Below are positions 1-11,819 of a stretch of DNA of 64,000 bases, in pieces. Below the pieces are notes generated by a model. It was given only the letters and a program-made list of their open reading frames with translations. It searched no databases and was not told where the DNA came from. This DNA is from Mobula hypostoma. Lineage: Eukaryota. Position 1 is the first letter of the stretch. Each line of letters begins with the position of its first letter. The DNA lies in the NCBI RefSeq assembly GCF_963921235.1, contig NC_086097.1, forward strand, positions 110,672,001 to 110,736,000, given 5' to 3'. The position numbers and the translations under genes are program-made.

Positions 1-1030
1 CCGCCTCCACCACCGTTGCCAGCAGCCCATTCCACGCAATCACCACTCAGCGTAAAAAAACTTACCCCTGATATTTCCTCTGTACCTACTCCCAAGCACC
101 TTAAACCTGTGCCCTCTTGTGGCAGCCATTTCAGCCCTGGGAAAAAGCCTCTGACTATCCAGACGATCAATGCCTCTCATCATCTAATACACCTCTATCA
201 GGTCACCTCTCATCCTCCGTCGCTCCAAGGAGAAAAGGCCGAGTTCACTCAACCTGTTCTCTGCACCCTTTCGATGGCTTCCACATTCTTCCTGTAGTGA
301 GGCGACCAGAACTGAGCACAGTACTCCAAGTGGGGTCTGACCAGGGTCCTATATAGCTGCAACATTACCTCTCGGCTCCTAAATTCAATTCCACGATTTA
401 TGAAGGCCAATACACCATATGCCTTCTTAACCACAGAGTCAACCTGTGCTGCTGCTTTGAGCATCCTATGGACTTGGACCCCAAGATCCCTCTGATCCTC
501 CACACTGCCAAGAGTCTTACCATTAGTACTATATTCTCCCATCATATTTGACCTCCCAAAATGAACCACATCACACTTACCTGGGTTGAACTCCATCTGC
601 CACTTCTCATCCCAGTTCTGCATCCAATCAATGTCCCTCTGTAACCTCTGACAGCCGTCCACATTATCCACAACATCTCCAACCTTTGTGTCATCAGCAA
701 ATTTACTAACCTATCCCTCCACTTCCTTATCCAGGTATTTATAAAAATCATGAAGAGATGGGGTTCCAGAACAGATCCCTGAGGTACACCACTGGTCACT
801 GACCTCCATGCAGAATATGACCCATCTACAACTACTCTTTGCCTTCTATGGGCAAGCCAATTCTGGATCCACAAAGCAATGTTCCCTTGGATCCCATGCC
901 TCCTTACTTTCTCAATAAGCCTTGCATGAGGTACCTTATCAAATGGCTAGATAAAAACCATATACACTACATCTACTGCTCTTCCTTCATCAATGTGTTT
1001 AGTCACATCCTCAAAAAATTCAATCAGGCT
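1..1030 (-). mobile_element. CR1 LINE, RT C-terminal/3' portion, 5'-truncated
   Basis: ORFs 249..671 and 542..874 (VTSGVPQGSVL, LVRPHLEYCAQFWSP). Same subfamily as the copy at 61130-62863. Confidence 0.93.
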
Positions 1031-1034
1031 CAAT

Positions 1035-1625
1035 TAGTGTGGAAATAGCAGGGGCTCTGACAGAAATATTTCAAATGTCATTAGAAACGGAGATGGTGCT
1101 GGAGGATTGACGTATTGCTTATGTTGTTCCATTGTTTAAAAAGGGTTCTAATAGCAAACCTAGCAAATATCAGACTGCGAGTTTGACTTCAGTGGTGGGT
1201 AAATTGATGGAAAGTATTCTTAGAAATAGTATATATAATTATCTGGATAGACAGGGTCTGATTAGGAACAGTCAACATGGATTTGTGCATGGAAGGTCAT
1301 GTTTGACAAATCTTACTGAATTTTTTGAAGAGGTTACTAGGAAGGTTGACGAAGGTAAAGCAGTGGATGTTGTCTATACGGACTTCAGTAAGGCCTTTGA
1401 CAAGGTTCCACACAGAAGGTTGGTTAGGAAGGTTCAATCGTTAGGTATTAATATTGAAGTAGTAAAATGGATTCAGCAGTGGCTGGATGGGAGACAACAG
1501 AGAGTGGTGGTGGATAACTGTTTCTCAGGTTGGGGTCGGTAACTGGTGGTGTGCTTCAGGGATCTGTGCTGGGTCCAATGTTATTTGTCATATACATTAA
1601 TGATCTGGATGATGGTAAATTGGAT
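1035..1625 (+). mobile_element. CR1 LINE RT fragment (different subfamily)
   Basis: ORF 1132..1542 with SLTSVVGKLME, SQHGF, VYTDFSKAFDKV. Confidence 0.9.
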
Positions 1626-1629
1626 TCTT

Positions 1630-2345
1630 CATACTTATACTTTATACTTTATTATTGCCAAAGAATTGATATTAGAACGTACAATCATCACAGCGATATT
1701 TGATTCTGCGCTTCCCGCTCCCTGGATTACAAATATTAAATATTAAAAATAGTAAACATTAGTAAATATTAAAATTCTATATTATAAATCATAAATAGAA
1801 AATAGAAAAATGGAAAGTAAGGTCGTGCAAAAAAACCAAGAGGCAGGTCCAGATATTTGGAGGGTACGGCCTAGATAGGGGTCAGGATCCGTTCAGCAGT
1901 CTTAACACAGTTGGAAAGGAGCTGTTCCCAAATCTGGCCATACGAGTCTTCAAGCTCCTGAGCCTTCTCCCAGAGGGAAGAGGACGAAAAGTGTGTTGGC
2001 TGGGTGGGTCGTGTCCTTGATTATCCTGGCGGTACACCAACAGCGTGCGGTGTAAAGTGAGTCCACGGACGGAAGATTGGTTTGTGTGATGTACTGGGCT
2101 GTGTTCATGATCTTCTGCAGCTTCTTCCGGTCTTGGACAGGACAACTTCCATACCAGGTTGTGATGCACCCTAGAAAAATGCTTTCTACGGTGCATCTAT
2201 AAAAAGTAGTGAGGGTTTTAGGGGATGGCCCAAATTTCTTTAGTTTTCTCAGGAAGTAAAGGCGCTGGTGGGCCTTCTTGGCAGTGAGCTCTGCTTAGTT
2301 GGACCAAGTCAGGTCATTTGTGATATTGACCCCGAGGAACTTAAA
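1630..2345 (-). mobile_element. Rex1/Babar-type LINE, 3' part
   Basis: Very similar to 12961-13680; ORF 1882..2196 (LPSGRRLRSLKTR); shared AT-rich 3' UTR. Confidence 0.85.
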
Positions 2346-2605
2346 GGCATTAGCGATGATCTTTTAAAAGTCGACAGATTCTGGCATAGTTCCGGAGGAC
2401 TGGAAGATTGTAAATGTCACTCCGCTATTTAAGAAGGGGGTAAGGAGGCAAAGAAGCAAAAAGGAAATTATAGACCTGTTAGCTTGACATCGGTGGTTGG
2501 GAAGTTGTTGGAGTCGATTGTCAAGGATGAGGTTACAGAGTACCTGGAGGCATATGACAAGATAGGCAGAACTCAGTATGGATTCCTTAAAGGAAAATCC
2601 TGCCT
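2346..2605 (+). mobile_element. CR1 LINE RT fragment
   Basis: Reads as VPEDWKI.NVTPLFKKG...GNYRPVSLTSVVGKLLESI. Confidence 0.85.
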
Positions 2606-3795
2606 GTCTTGTCAGTATCCTGTCCTCACCTCTGTGGGGTAAGCCAGGCCGTCTTTGCCATTACCCTGAGGCTGGACTGTTCCCTTCCCTTCCCCTTCCT
2701 TCAGAGGCCTTGCCTGCAACCAGTATCTGGAGCCTTGCTGTGTCTAGACAAAGAACTGTCTATTGTTGTTTGGAACTGTCTCTGTGTCCACGCCTTCGCT
2801 AGGTAAGTCCGGCCGTTTGCCGCTACCTAGTGTTGAGAACTGTCTCTCTGTTCTGTGTATGAGTCCCGGCCCTACGTCCTGCCCCCTAGGAGGGGTCCTG
2901 ACTCTGTGCAGAGCCCCGGCTCCAAGTTCTGTTGCCAAGGAGGGGCCCCGGCTCTGTGTTCCATGTCCCTGTGTTCCTGTCTCTCAAGTCGAAGGCTCCA
3001 TGTTCCCGTGCTCTAGACCAAGGCTCTGTGTTCTGTCCTCCCCAAGACCAAGGCTCTGTGTTCTGCGTTCCTGTCATCCCAAATCCAAGGTTCCGAGGTT
3101 CCTGTCTTCCCAAGTCCAAGGCTCAGCTGTTCCTGAGTACCAAGTCAAGGCTTCGTGTTCTCATCCTGTGCTGGAGTTCCCTCATCCTGCCCAGGAGTCT
3201 CTCATTCTGTCCTGTAGCCTCGCCTGGTCCTGTCTCCCAAGGCCACGTCATGTCTTCACCTACTTCCGGAGTCTGAGCCCAAGTCAAGACCCAGGTTCTG
3301 TGTCCTTGTCCAGTCTCTAGCTCAGAGTCCGAACCCAAGCCTCAAGGAACCCAAGCCATGTCCAGTCCTGTAGCCACGTCATGTCCTCGCCTAGTTCCGG
3401 GGTCCAAGCCCGAGTCAAGACCCAGGTTCTGCGTCCTTGTCTAGTCTCTGGCTCGGAGACCGAACCCAAGCCTCGAGGAACCCAAGCCATGTCCAGTCCT
3501 GTAGCCACGTCATGTCCTCGCCTAGTTCCGGGGTCCGAGCCCAAATCAAGACCCAGGTTCTGTGTCCTTGTCCAGTCTCTGGCTCGGAGTCCAAGCCCAG
3601 GCTCCTAGTTCCCAGTTCCTAGTCCTGGTCCCGTTTGCCTAGTCAATGTCCTAGCCCAAGTCTGTGTTCTTGTCCCAGCTCCTAGTCTGCATCCAGTCAC
3701 ATCGTTAACTCTAGTCTCTAGTCCTGTCCGGTTCCTAGTACTTCAGTGTCTGTTTCTTGCATTTGGGTCCACTTCCCAGCGCCCACCTTATGACA
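2606..3795 (+). mobile_element. Partial LTR (Gypsy-like, 5'-truncated) rich in internal tandem repeats
   Basis: CT-rich internally repetitive sequence ending ...GCATTTGGGTCC...TATGACA, a terminus typical of fish Gypsy LTRs. No 5' TG or TSD found. Confidence 0.55.
3242..3595 (+). repeat. 131-bp tandem repeat, about 2.7 copies
   Basis: GCCACGTCATGTC recurs at 3242, 3373 and 3504 and the intervening units align closely. Confidence 0.9.
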
Positions 3796-3879
3796 CATAA
3801 CTAGATGATCACATATCAGTTCAAATAGGAACTCTGAATGCTACAACTCAGATGACTGTAAGAATATTCTCATTTTCCA

Positions 3880-4920
3880 TAATGGCGGGCATACTATTCA
3901 AGACTAGTGAAGAATGCTGAAGACAGATGAGAGGCATTCACAAGCACATTCAAACAGAAAAGCCCAAAGGGCGATCTATCTTCTTTTCCTCCTGAGACTC
4001 CAAAGAAGCTCAGGACACTGGGTACAATAATGGCAGTGGAACCAGACAACACTCCAGTTACTGTATAGTAAAGACTTATTTTCAAGAATGAGCTGCACTT
4101 GAAGTTTAGTTGTTCCACTGCGACACTGCCAATTGCCCAATAGCAGAAAATGATTCAAGCACATACTATGCACAAAAAGCAAGGCAAGTCTTAGCCGGCT
4201 AATTACTGCCAAACCAGTCTATCCTACTCAGGTAATGTTGACTGTGAAAACATATGGTATTAACCTTCCGCTCATTGTCTGTTAGTCAGGTTTTCAACAA
4301 AACCACTTCTTTCCTAACCTCATTGCAGCCCAGCCCAAAAATGGACCCAAGATTTGGCACCTACAGGTTAAGTGAGAGTGATTTGCCCTTGACATCAAGG
4401 CAGCATTTGGTCACATCTATCATGGGGGAAGCTGATGAAATGGCAAGAAGGAGAAACACTCTCATGGGTAAAATAATTTCTCACACAACAGACTGTTTGT
4501 ATTTTTGAAGCACAATTATTTCAGCTCCAAGGTATCATTGCAAGAAATCTGCAGGGCAATGTCCTAGAGTGAACCATCTGGAATTGCTGCAGCTATGAAA
4601 TGCCTTCCATCATGAGGTCAAAGTTGGGAGGTTTGTTGATAAAAACACATTGCCCTCAACTCCTCAGCAAATGAAGTAGTCTATACCCACATGCAGCAAA
4701 ACCTGGGTAACATTCCTGCATGGGCTGATAAGTGGCAAGTAACAGCTGTACCACAGAGATCTCAGACAATGACCATCTCATAAAAGAAATAGTCTCAAAA
4801 CCTACCCTTAACATTCAATGCCTTTATTAGAGCTGAAACCCCAAACATCATGTCCCGAGGATTCCTATTATTGACAACCTCAAGTGGACAGGCATATAAA
4901 TGTGGTGATTAGAAGAACAC
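3880..4920 (+). mobile_element. Old, degraded CR1/L2-group LINE RT region (related 3' remnants at about 6850-7110 and 27580-27970)
   Basis: Degenerate A.EPDNTP.., HKKQGKS..ANYC..., ALDIKAAF motifs with many stops and frameshifts. Confidence 0.55.
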
Positions 4921-4924
4921 GTCG

Positions 4925-5670
4925 AGGCAGGTACTGCTGAGGAAACAGGAAGCCTACAGAAGGAATTAGACAAATTAGGAGAAGAGGAAAAGGTGTGACA
5001 GTTGGAATGCAGTGTAGGGAAGTGCATGGTCATGCAATTTGGTAGAAGGAATAGAGGCATGGACTATTTCCTAAACAGGCAGCAAATTCAGAAATCAAAG
5101 GTGCATGGGGAGTTGGGAGTCCCTGTGCAGAATTGCTAAGGGTTAAGTTGCAGGTGGTAAGGAAGGCAAATGCAATGTTAGCATTCCTTTCAAGGGGACT
5201 AGAGTAAAAAAAAAATGTAATGCTGAAGCTTTATAAGGCATTGGCCAGACGTCACTTGGACCACTGTGAGCATTTGGGCCCCATATCTAAGGAAAGGATA
5301 TGCTGGTATTGGAGAGGATCTAGAGAATGAGGTTCATGAGAATGATCCCGGGAATGAAAGGGTTAACTAATGAGGAGCATCTCATGGCTCTGACTCTGTA
5401 TTCACTGGCGTTTAGAAGAATGAGGGGGGATTTCATTGAAATTCATCAAATATTCGAAGGCTTCAATAGTGTGACACTTGAGAGGATGTTTCTAAAAGTC
5501 TCGGACTAGAGGGCACAGCCTCAGAATACAAGGATGTCCCTTTAGAAGAGATGAGGAGGAATATTCTCTTCAGCTAGAGGATAGTGAATCTGTGAAATTC
5601 TTTGCCACAGATGCCTGTAGATTCCAAAATATTGAGTATATTTAAAGTGGAGGTTGATAGGTTGCTGATA
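4925..5670 (+). mobile_element. CR1 LINE 3' portion
   Basis: LQKELDKL..GKCMVMQFGRRN; ORF 5327..5509 (RRMRGDFIEI). Confidence 0.85.
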
Positions 5671-5939
5671 GTGCCGTGGGGGGGGGTGGGGGGAGAGAAG
5701 GTGAGGGGGAGGGGGAGAGAGCGGGGGGAGGGGAGAGAGAGAAAAAAAAATCAAGCTGCCAGGAGTTCACACTGGACAAAGTACAGAACTGCTATTGTGT
5801 AATATTGGCAGTTTTCACTATTTTTGCTAATTTTTGCAAGTTTGATTTTTGACACACCTAATAAACACCCTTGCATGGAAGTGCTAAGTGACTCCAGACA
5901 TTTTTTCATTTGGTGTTAACCCAAGTATCTAACAATATG

Positions 5940-6730
5940 CATATACTATCCAACTGCTTTTTAAATGTTGTTACAGTACTTACCTCAACTACTTTCTCTG
6001 GCAGCCATGTTCACACCACCCTTTGCATGAGGAAGTTGCCCTCAGGTTCCTTATAAATCTCCCCCTCTCAATCTCAAACCTATACCCTCCCCTAGGTTTC
6101 CCTGTGTACATCTTCATGATTTTATATAGCTCTATTAGGTCTCTCCTCAGTGTTCTACTCCTCAAGGAGTAAAGACCTAGCCTACTCAACAGTTCTCTAT
6201 AATTCTGACCCTCAAGTCCTGGAAACATTCTCATAAATGTTCATTGTTCTCTTTCCAGTTTAATAACATCATTTCTATAATGATATCATCATCCTCATGT
6301 GCCGTGTCATATGGTGTAGGCGATCATAGTGACCAAAATTGCTCTTGGTAAATTTTTTCTCAGAAGTGGATTGCCAATGGCTTCTTCTGGGCAGTGTCTT
6401 TAGAAGACTCCAGCCATTGTCAATATTCTTCAGAGATTGTCTGCCTGGCAACAGTGGTGACATTACCAGGACTTGTGCTATGCACCAGCTGCTCATACAG
6501 CCATCCCCCACCTTATCGTACAACATGGTAACCAAAGCTATACATATATTTCAGTTGTGGCCTCATCAATGTTGATGTACAACAACACAACATCCCAACT
6601 CATAAAACTCAGTATACTGACTAATAGAGACTAGTCATCACCCTGTTGAACTGTGCTGCCACTTTCAGGATACTCTCTGCTTGTACTCCTAGTTCCCTCT
6701 ATTCTACAACACTTCCCCAGGTCTCTACCA
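5940..6730 (-). mobile_element. Degraded CR1 3' portion, interrupted at about 6280-6510 by a short insertion
   Basis: ORF 5989..6234 (LGLYSL..RTLRRDLIELYKIM). Confidence 0.7.
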
Positions 6731-7129
6731 TTTGAGGCAAAGAAGCCCATTTGACTATTAACCACACACCACATTAAACATCCATACCTTATACCAGTGC
6801 CACACTCTGTCTTTCATTTACAAAGTTGACAGTACTTACTTACCAAGACTAATCGAACAATACTTCCTGAACCCATATTGAAGGAATGCAGGGCAACAAG
6901 TGCATCACAAACAACCCTGGCTTGTAAATATATTGTTGCTCTATCATGGTCAGTGAATCCTGGATCTCTCTATTTAACAGCACGATGGGAGAACATTCAC
7001 AGAAGGACTGCAATAGTTCAAGGTAGTGATTCATGAACAACTTTTCCTGGCCATTCATGGATGGGCGATAAATGCTGGTCCTGGCAACAATGTCCACATT
7101 TCCCAAATTAATTAAACTTAAATTAATTA

Positions 7130-7470
7130 TACACAAGAGACTGCAGCTGGTGGAATCTGAAGCAAGACATAAAGCAGTCAAACGGTCATGCAGTAAACGT
7201 AGAGGGAAATTAATAGGTGATATTTCAGGTCAAGACCTTTCAACTGTACTGAAAGAAAAAAAAAGATGGGTGATAGGTGCCAGGATTCACCAATCACTTG
7301 CCAGCTCTTGCACAATCCATCCCTCCCCATTCTAATTCTGGCTATCTCCCCTCTTTTTTTCAGTTCATATGAAGGGTCTCAACCCAAAATATCAACTGTC
7401 CACTCCCCTTCTTTGATGCTGGCTGACTTGTTGATTTTCTCCAGCACCTTGCGTGGTTTTCTTGTGTATA
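7130..7470. mobile_element. Old Penelope-derived element with inverted terminal segments and a decayed hammerhead-like motif
   Basis: ATGAAGGGTCTCAACCCAAAATATCAACTG at about 7368-7397 resembles the motif at 20699; a reverse-oriented equivalent lies at about 7220-7245. Confidence 0.5.
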
Positions 7471-8814
7471 GGCTGGTTACCACATTTGCCCACATCATAT
7501 GTAATCTATGAACCATACCCTAGACTAGCCTGGAAATTCCACTGACTACAAGACTGCTATCAATCTTCAGATTTAATTTGTTGAAGTCTTAGTAGAAATT
7601 CTGTCTTTTGGTTAAGTTTGTAAATCATTACATTGTTCTGCTTAGGTATCCCTAGGCAGGTTTGGCATACAGCATGTCATTAGTAGATGTTGCCAAAACT
7701 CTGCACCTCCACAGCTATGCTACTGTGGCCATATCTGGAAAAAGTTATCGACTGAGATAAGCATTGGCATACACATCCATCGGTGAAGATGTATCATTCT
7801 TTTGCTGAATAATCTCATTTTGTTCCTTAATATTGCTCCCATTTTGTAGCCTTAATTCTATCTTTGTGGTCAATCTCATTTACTTCTACTCAAAGTTACA
7901 ATTGATTTTTCCACTGCATAATAATAACAGCAAGTAACAGATAGCCTTTGTTGTATTTAGCATTTTTGTTCATGCACATCAAGTAAAGGCCGATGAATAT
8001 GCCAGTTCAACCCATTTAATTCACAAAACCATCAATCTAAATCAAATTGATTTATCAAAAATACCCTTGACGTTTGTTCACAGGCAGGGTCGTTGCCAAA
8101 TTTTACACAGAGCCAAATTAGTGGTCCTCTTTCTAAAAATCTGCTGATTTTCCATATACGATTCCCTACAATCAAAGACAAAGACATTCTGATACGTGAA
8201 GATTTATGAAGGACTGCCGACAGAATTTCAAATGCAAAAGATCCCGTTTGTTGAACAGAATCTGCAAGTGCCATAATAGAGTTAATATCATTAGCAGTCT
8301 AACCAAAATCAAATGCTTTCAATCAGCATTAGTGAAATTGGCCCTGAACTGCTGTGGGGAAAAAGTCAAAGAACAAATCAGCAGATTGATCCGCAGCTGC
8401 CAAATCATTGTCATCCGATTTTGCACGTCCGAATGAGGTTAATTTCACCCTCTAATATTCATCACTGCACTGCTGGAATTCAATTGAACAAATACCTGGA
8501 GAGAGCCATAAAATCAGGCAGGCTGACCTCTGCACCCAAGCATCCTGGCTCTAGCTAAAACTTGACATCTCAAAATATTCCCTCATACTAATCAAAAGAT
8601 CTCAACAATCAATATTAAAATATAAACACATAAAGGCCAGAACTTTGAAATGTAATTGCAGGCTCCTACTCATAGAATGAAGAACACTACAGCACAGGAA
8701 CAAGTTCTTCAGCTTACCATATTGAGCAATCTCAACTAATGTTGTGTTAAAGTTAATAATGCCTTGCTACATAGAAAGTAATTTTCAATCTTTGGGGAAA
8801 TTGTACTTTCATAA

Positions 8815-10085
8815 TAAAACATAGGAGAAGAATTAGGCCACTCAGGCCATCAAGTCTGCTCCGCCATTCCATCGTGGCTGATTTATTATCCCTCTCAACC
8901 CCTTCTCTTGTCTTCTCACCGTAAATTTTGATGTCTTGACAAACCAAAGATCTATCAACTCAGTTTAACTATACTCAGTGATTCAGCCTCCTCAGTGGCC
9001 CATGGCTATGAATTCTGCAGATTCACCAGACCCTGGCAAAGGAAGTTCCTTCTCATTTCTGTTCTAAATGGTCGTCCCTCTATTCTGAGGCTGTGCCCTC
9101 TGATGCTAGATTCACCCACTATAGGAAACATCCTCCCCACATCCACTCTATCAAGGCCTCTCAATATTCGATAGGATTCAATGAGATCCCCCCCCCACGA
9201 CCCCAATTCTTCCAGACTCCAGCGAGTAAAGGCCCAGAGCTCCTCATAGGTTAACTCTTTCATTCCTGGGATAATTCTCGTGAACCTCCTCTGGACCTTC
9301 TCCAATGCCTTCTCCATCTTTTCTTATATAAACAGCCCAAAACTGCTCACAATACTCTGAGAGGTCTGACCAATGCCTTATAAAGCCTCAGCATCACATC
9401 CTTGCTCTTATATTCTAGACCTCTTGAAATGAATGCTAACATTACATTTGCTTTCCTCACCAGCGACTCAACCTGCAAATTAACCTTTAGGGAATCCTGC
9501 GCAAGGACTCCCAAGACCTTGGATTTTTGAATTTTCTCCCCATTTAGAAAATAGTCTATGCCTTTATTCTTTCTACCATACATTTTCCTACACTATATTC
9601 CAACTGTCACTTTTTTGCCCATTCTCACAATCTGTCCAAATCCTTCTGTAGACTCCATGCTCCTCAACAGTACCTTTCACCTCCCCTTATCTTCCTATCA
9701 TCTGCAAATTTAAACACAAAACCATCACATCCGTCAAATCCGTCATCCAAATTGTTGACATAAGCTGAAAAGAAGTGGTCCCCATACCAACACCTGTGGA
9801 AGTCTAGTCACAGACAGTCAACGAGAATAGGCCCCCTTTACTCCCACTCTTTGCCTGCTGCCAGTCAGCCAATTGTCTATCCATGCAAGTACCTTTCCTG
9901 TAGAACCATGGCCTCTTATCTTATTAAGCAGCCTCATGTGTGGCACCTTATGAAAGGCCTTCTGAAAATCCAAAAAAAAACATCTAGTGACTCTTGCTTT
10001 CAATCCTACTTGTTATTTCCTCCAGGAATTCCAACAGATTTTTCAGGCAAGATTTTCCCTACAGGAAACCATGCTGACTTTTATA
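8815..10085 (-). mobile_element. CR1 LINE ORF2/3' UTR, degraded
   Basis: ORFs 9006..9317, 9347..9583 and 9818..10003 (FLDFQKAFHKVPH). Confidence 0.88.
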
Positions 10086-10940
10086 CAGGTCATACCTTCC
10101 CCAGAAGAGATCCCAATGATCCAGAAATCTGAAACCCTGGCTCCTGCATCACTTCCTCAGCCACTCATTCATCCTATTTCTCCCACGACTCGCTCATGGT
10201 ACTGGGAGCAATCCAGTGGAGGTCCTGCTCTTCAGTCTCTTCCCTAGCTCCTTGTATTCACTGCACAGGACTTCTTCCACCTTCCTGCAGAAGTCATTGG
10301 TTCCAATATGCACTATGACCTCTGGCTGCTCACCCTCCCTTGCAGTCACTATGAGATATCCTGAACTCCTGCAACTGGGAGGCAACAAACTATCCTGGCT
10401 TCTCTTTCATGGCCATAGAATCTGCTGACCGTCCCACTAACTATCAAGACTCTTATCTATATTGTTCTGCCTGACATTACCCTTCCCTGCTGAACTTCAG
10501 AGCCAGCCACACTGCTTCTGCCATGCCCTGATAGGTGAACCCCATCCCCCTACCCCAAGGGGTATTCGTGTTCCTGAGGGGAATGGCCACAAGGGAACAC
10601 TGCACTAACTGCTTACTCACCTTACTTCTCCTGGTGGTCACCCACCTACTATCTGAAGCCTACACTCAAGGTGTGACCACCTCAATAAAAGTCTCATCTA
10701 TGAGGTTTTCAGCCTCTTGGATGGTCCTGAGTATGTCCAGCTCCATCTCAAGTTCCTTGGCCTGGAATTGGGTGAACTTCCTGTAAGTGGTATTTCCTGT
10801 ACCATTAGGTTCCTTGAAATCCCACATCTCACAGAAGGAGCATTCTACTGCCTGATCTACCATCTTGCCTACATTTGTTGTACCTCGAACTTCTCAAACT
10901 GAAGATCTAGCCTGCACCTGTCCTTGGCCAAGCCAGCTGA
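10085..10940 (-). mobile_element. CR1 ORF1 relic (zinc finger/coiled coil plus SGNH esterase)
   Basis: ORF 10666..10863 VECSFCEMW...ELEMELDILR and ORF 10194..10388 EQPEVIVHIGTND (esterase block III). Confidence 0.82.
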
Positions 10941-11819
10941 GCCAAGTGTCATGGATATATCACTGAATGACCAATATTCCTCTTTGGCTTTCTTTACTTT
11001 ATATTGCAAACATTAGAAATGAACCTTACTGGATCTAACTTAATCTCTTAACAAAACAAATTTAAATTGTGTGGCTTATATATAATTCAGGCATGGAGGG
11101 ACTTCTACATGTCTGGCAGGAGAGAAGCTGTTTGGAAAAGAATGATCAAGGAGGAGTATTCTGCAGGCTGAGTACATTCAATAAAGAGGGAGAACAGTCA
11201 GGAAAAATGAACCAAAACATTAGGAAAAGGAGCAAACTATACGGCTCCAGGGCAGTTCCACCATTTAAGAACTGATTCTGTTCCTCAAATCTACTTTCCC
11301 TCTTTTCCCTTACTTCTTTTTGATCACGGATGGGAATATGGGAATAAGAGAGCAACTGCAGAAGGCAGAGAAGTAAACTCAGCTACATAAAGAAGAGAAT
11401 TAGTTTGGAAGTCTGATAGGCAAGAAAAGCTGGCAAACACAATATAAAGTACTAAACTTGGCTGTGGTTAATATCAATACAGGGAACCTGGGAAGTAAGA
11501 CAGATGAACAGTTAACTATCATAGCAATGGAGGGCAGTGACTGTGTCATTCCATATTCACACAGTTACATGCTAACTTAAGTGTCCATCTTTTAAAAAAA
11601 CAAGTTCTTCATACGGTTTCATCAATCCCTTATACAGGATGCATCATGGCAACTGCTCTGTCCATGGTCACAGAAACTGCGCACAGTTGTGGGCACAGGT
11701 CAGCACATCACAGGAACCAGCCTCTTCTCTATGGAGTCTGTCTATGCGTCTCACTGCCTCAGTAAAACAGTAAGCACAATCAAAGATGTCACCCATCTCA
11801 CTTCTCCCCTCTTCCATCA

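Noticed and set aside
3242..3595. Regularly spaced repeats as a CRISPR-like array
   Set aside because: Whole 131-bp units repeat with no unique spacers; the context is eukaryotic with no cas genes.
2763..3622. Overlapping Pro/Ser/Cys-rich ORFs as a gene
   Set aside because: By-products of stop-poor tandem repeats in an LTR-like element; no domain or splice support.
8032..8558. Short ORFs in the unique island as exons
   Set aside because: No protein similarity and no consistent splice signals; better explained as non-coding.
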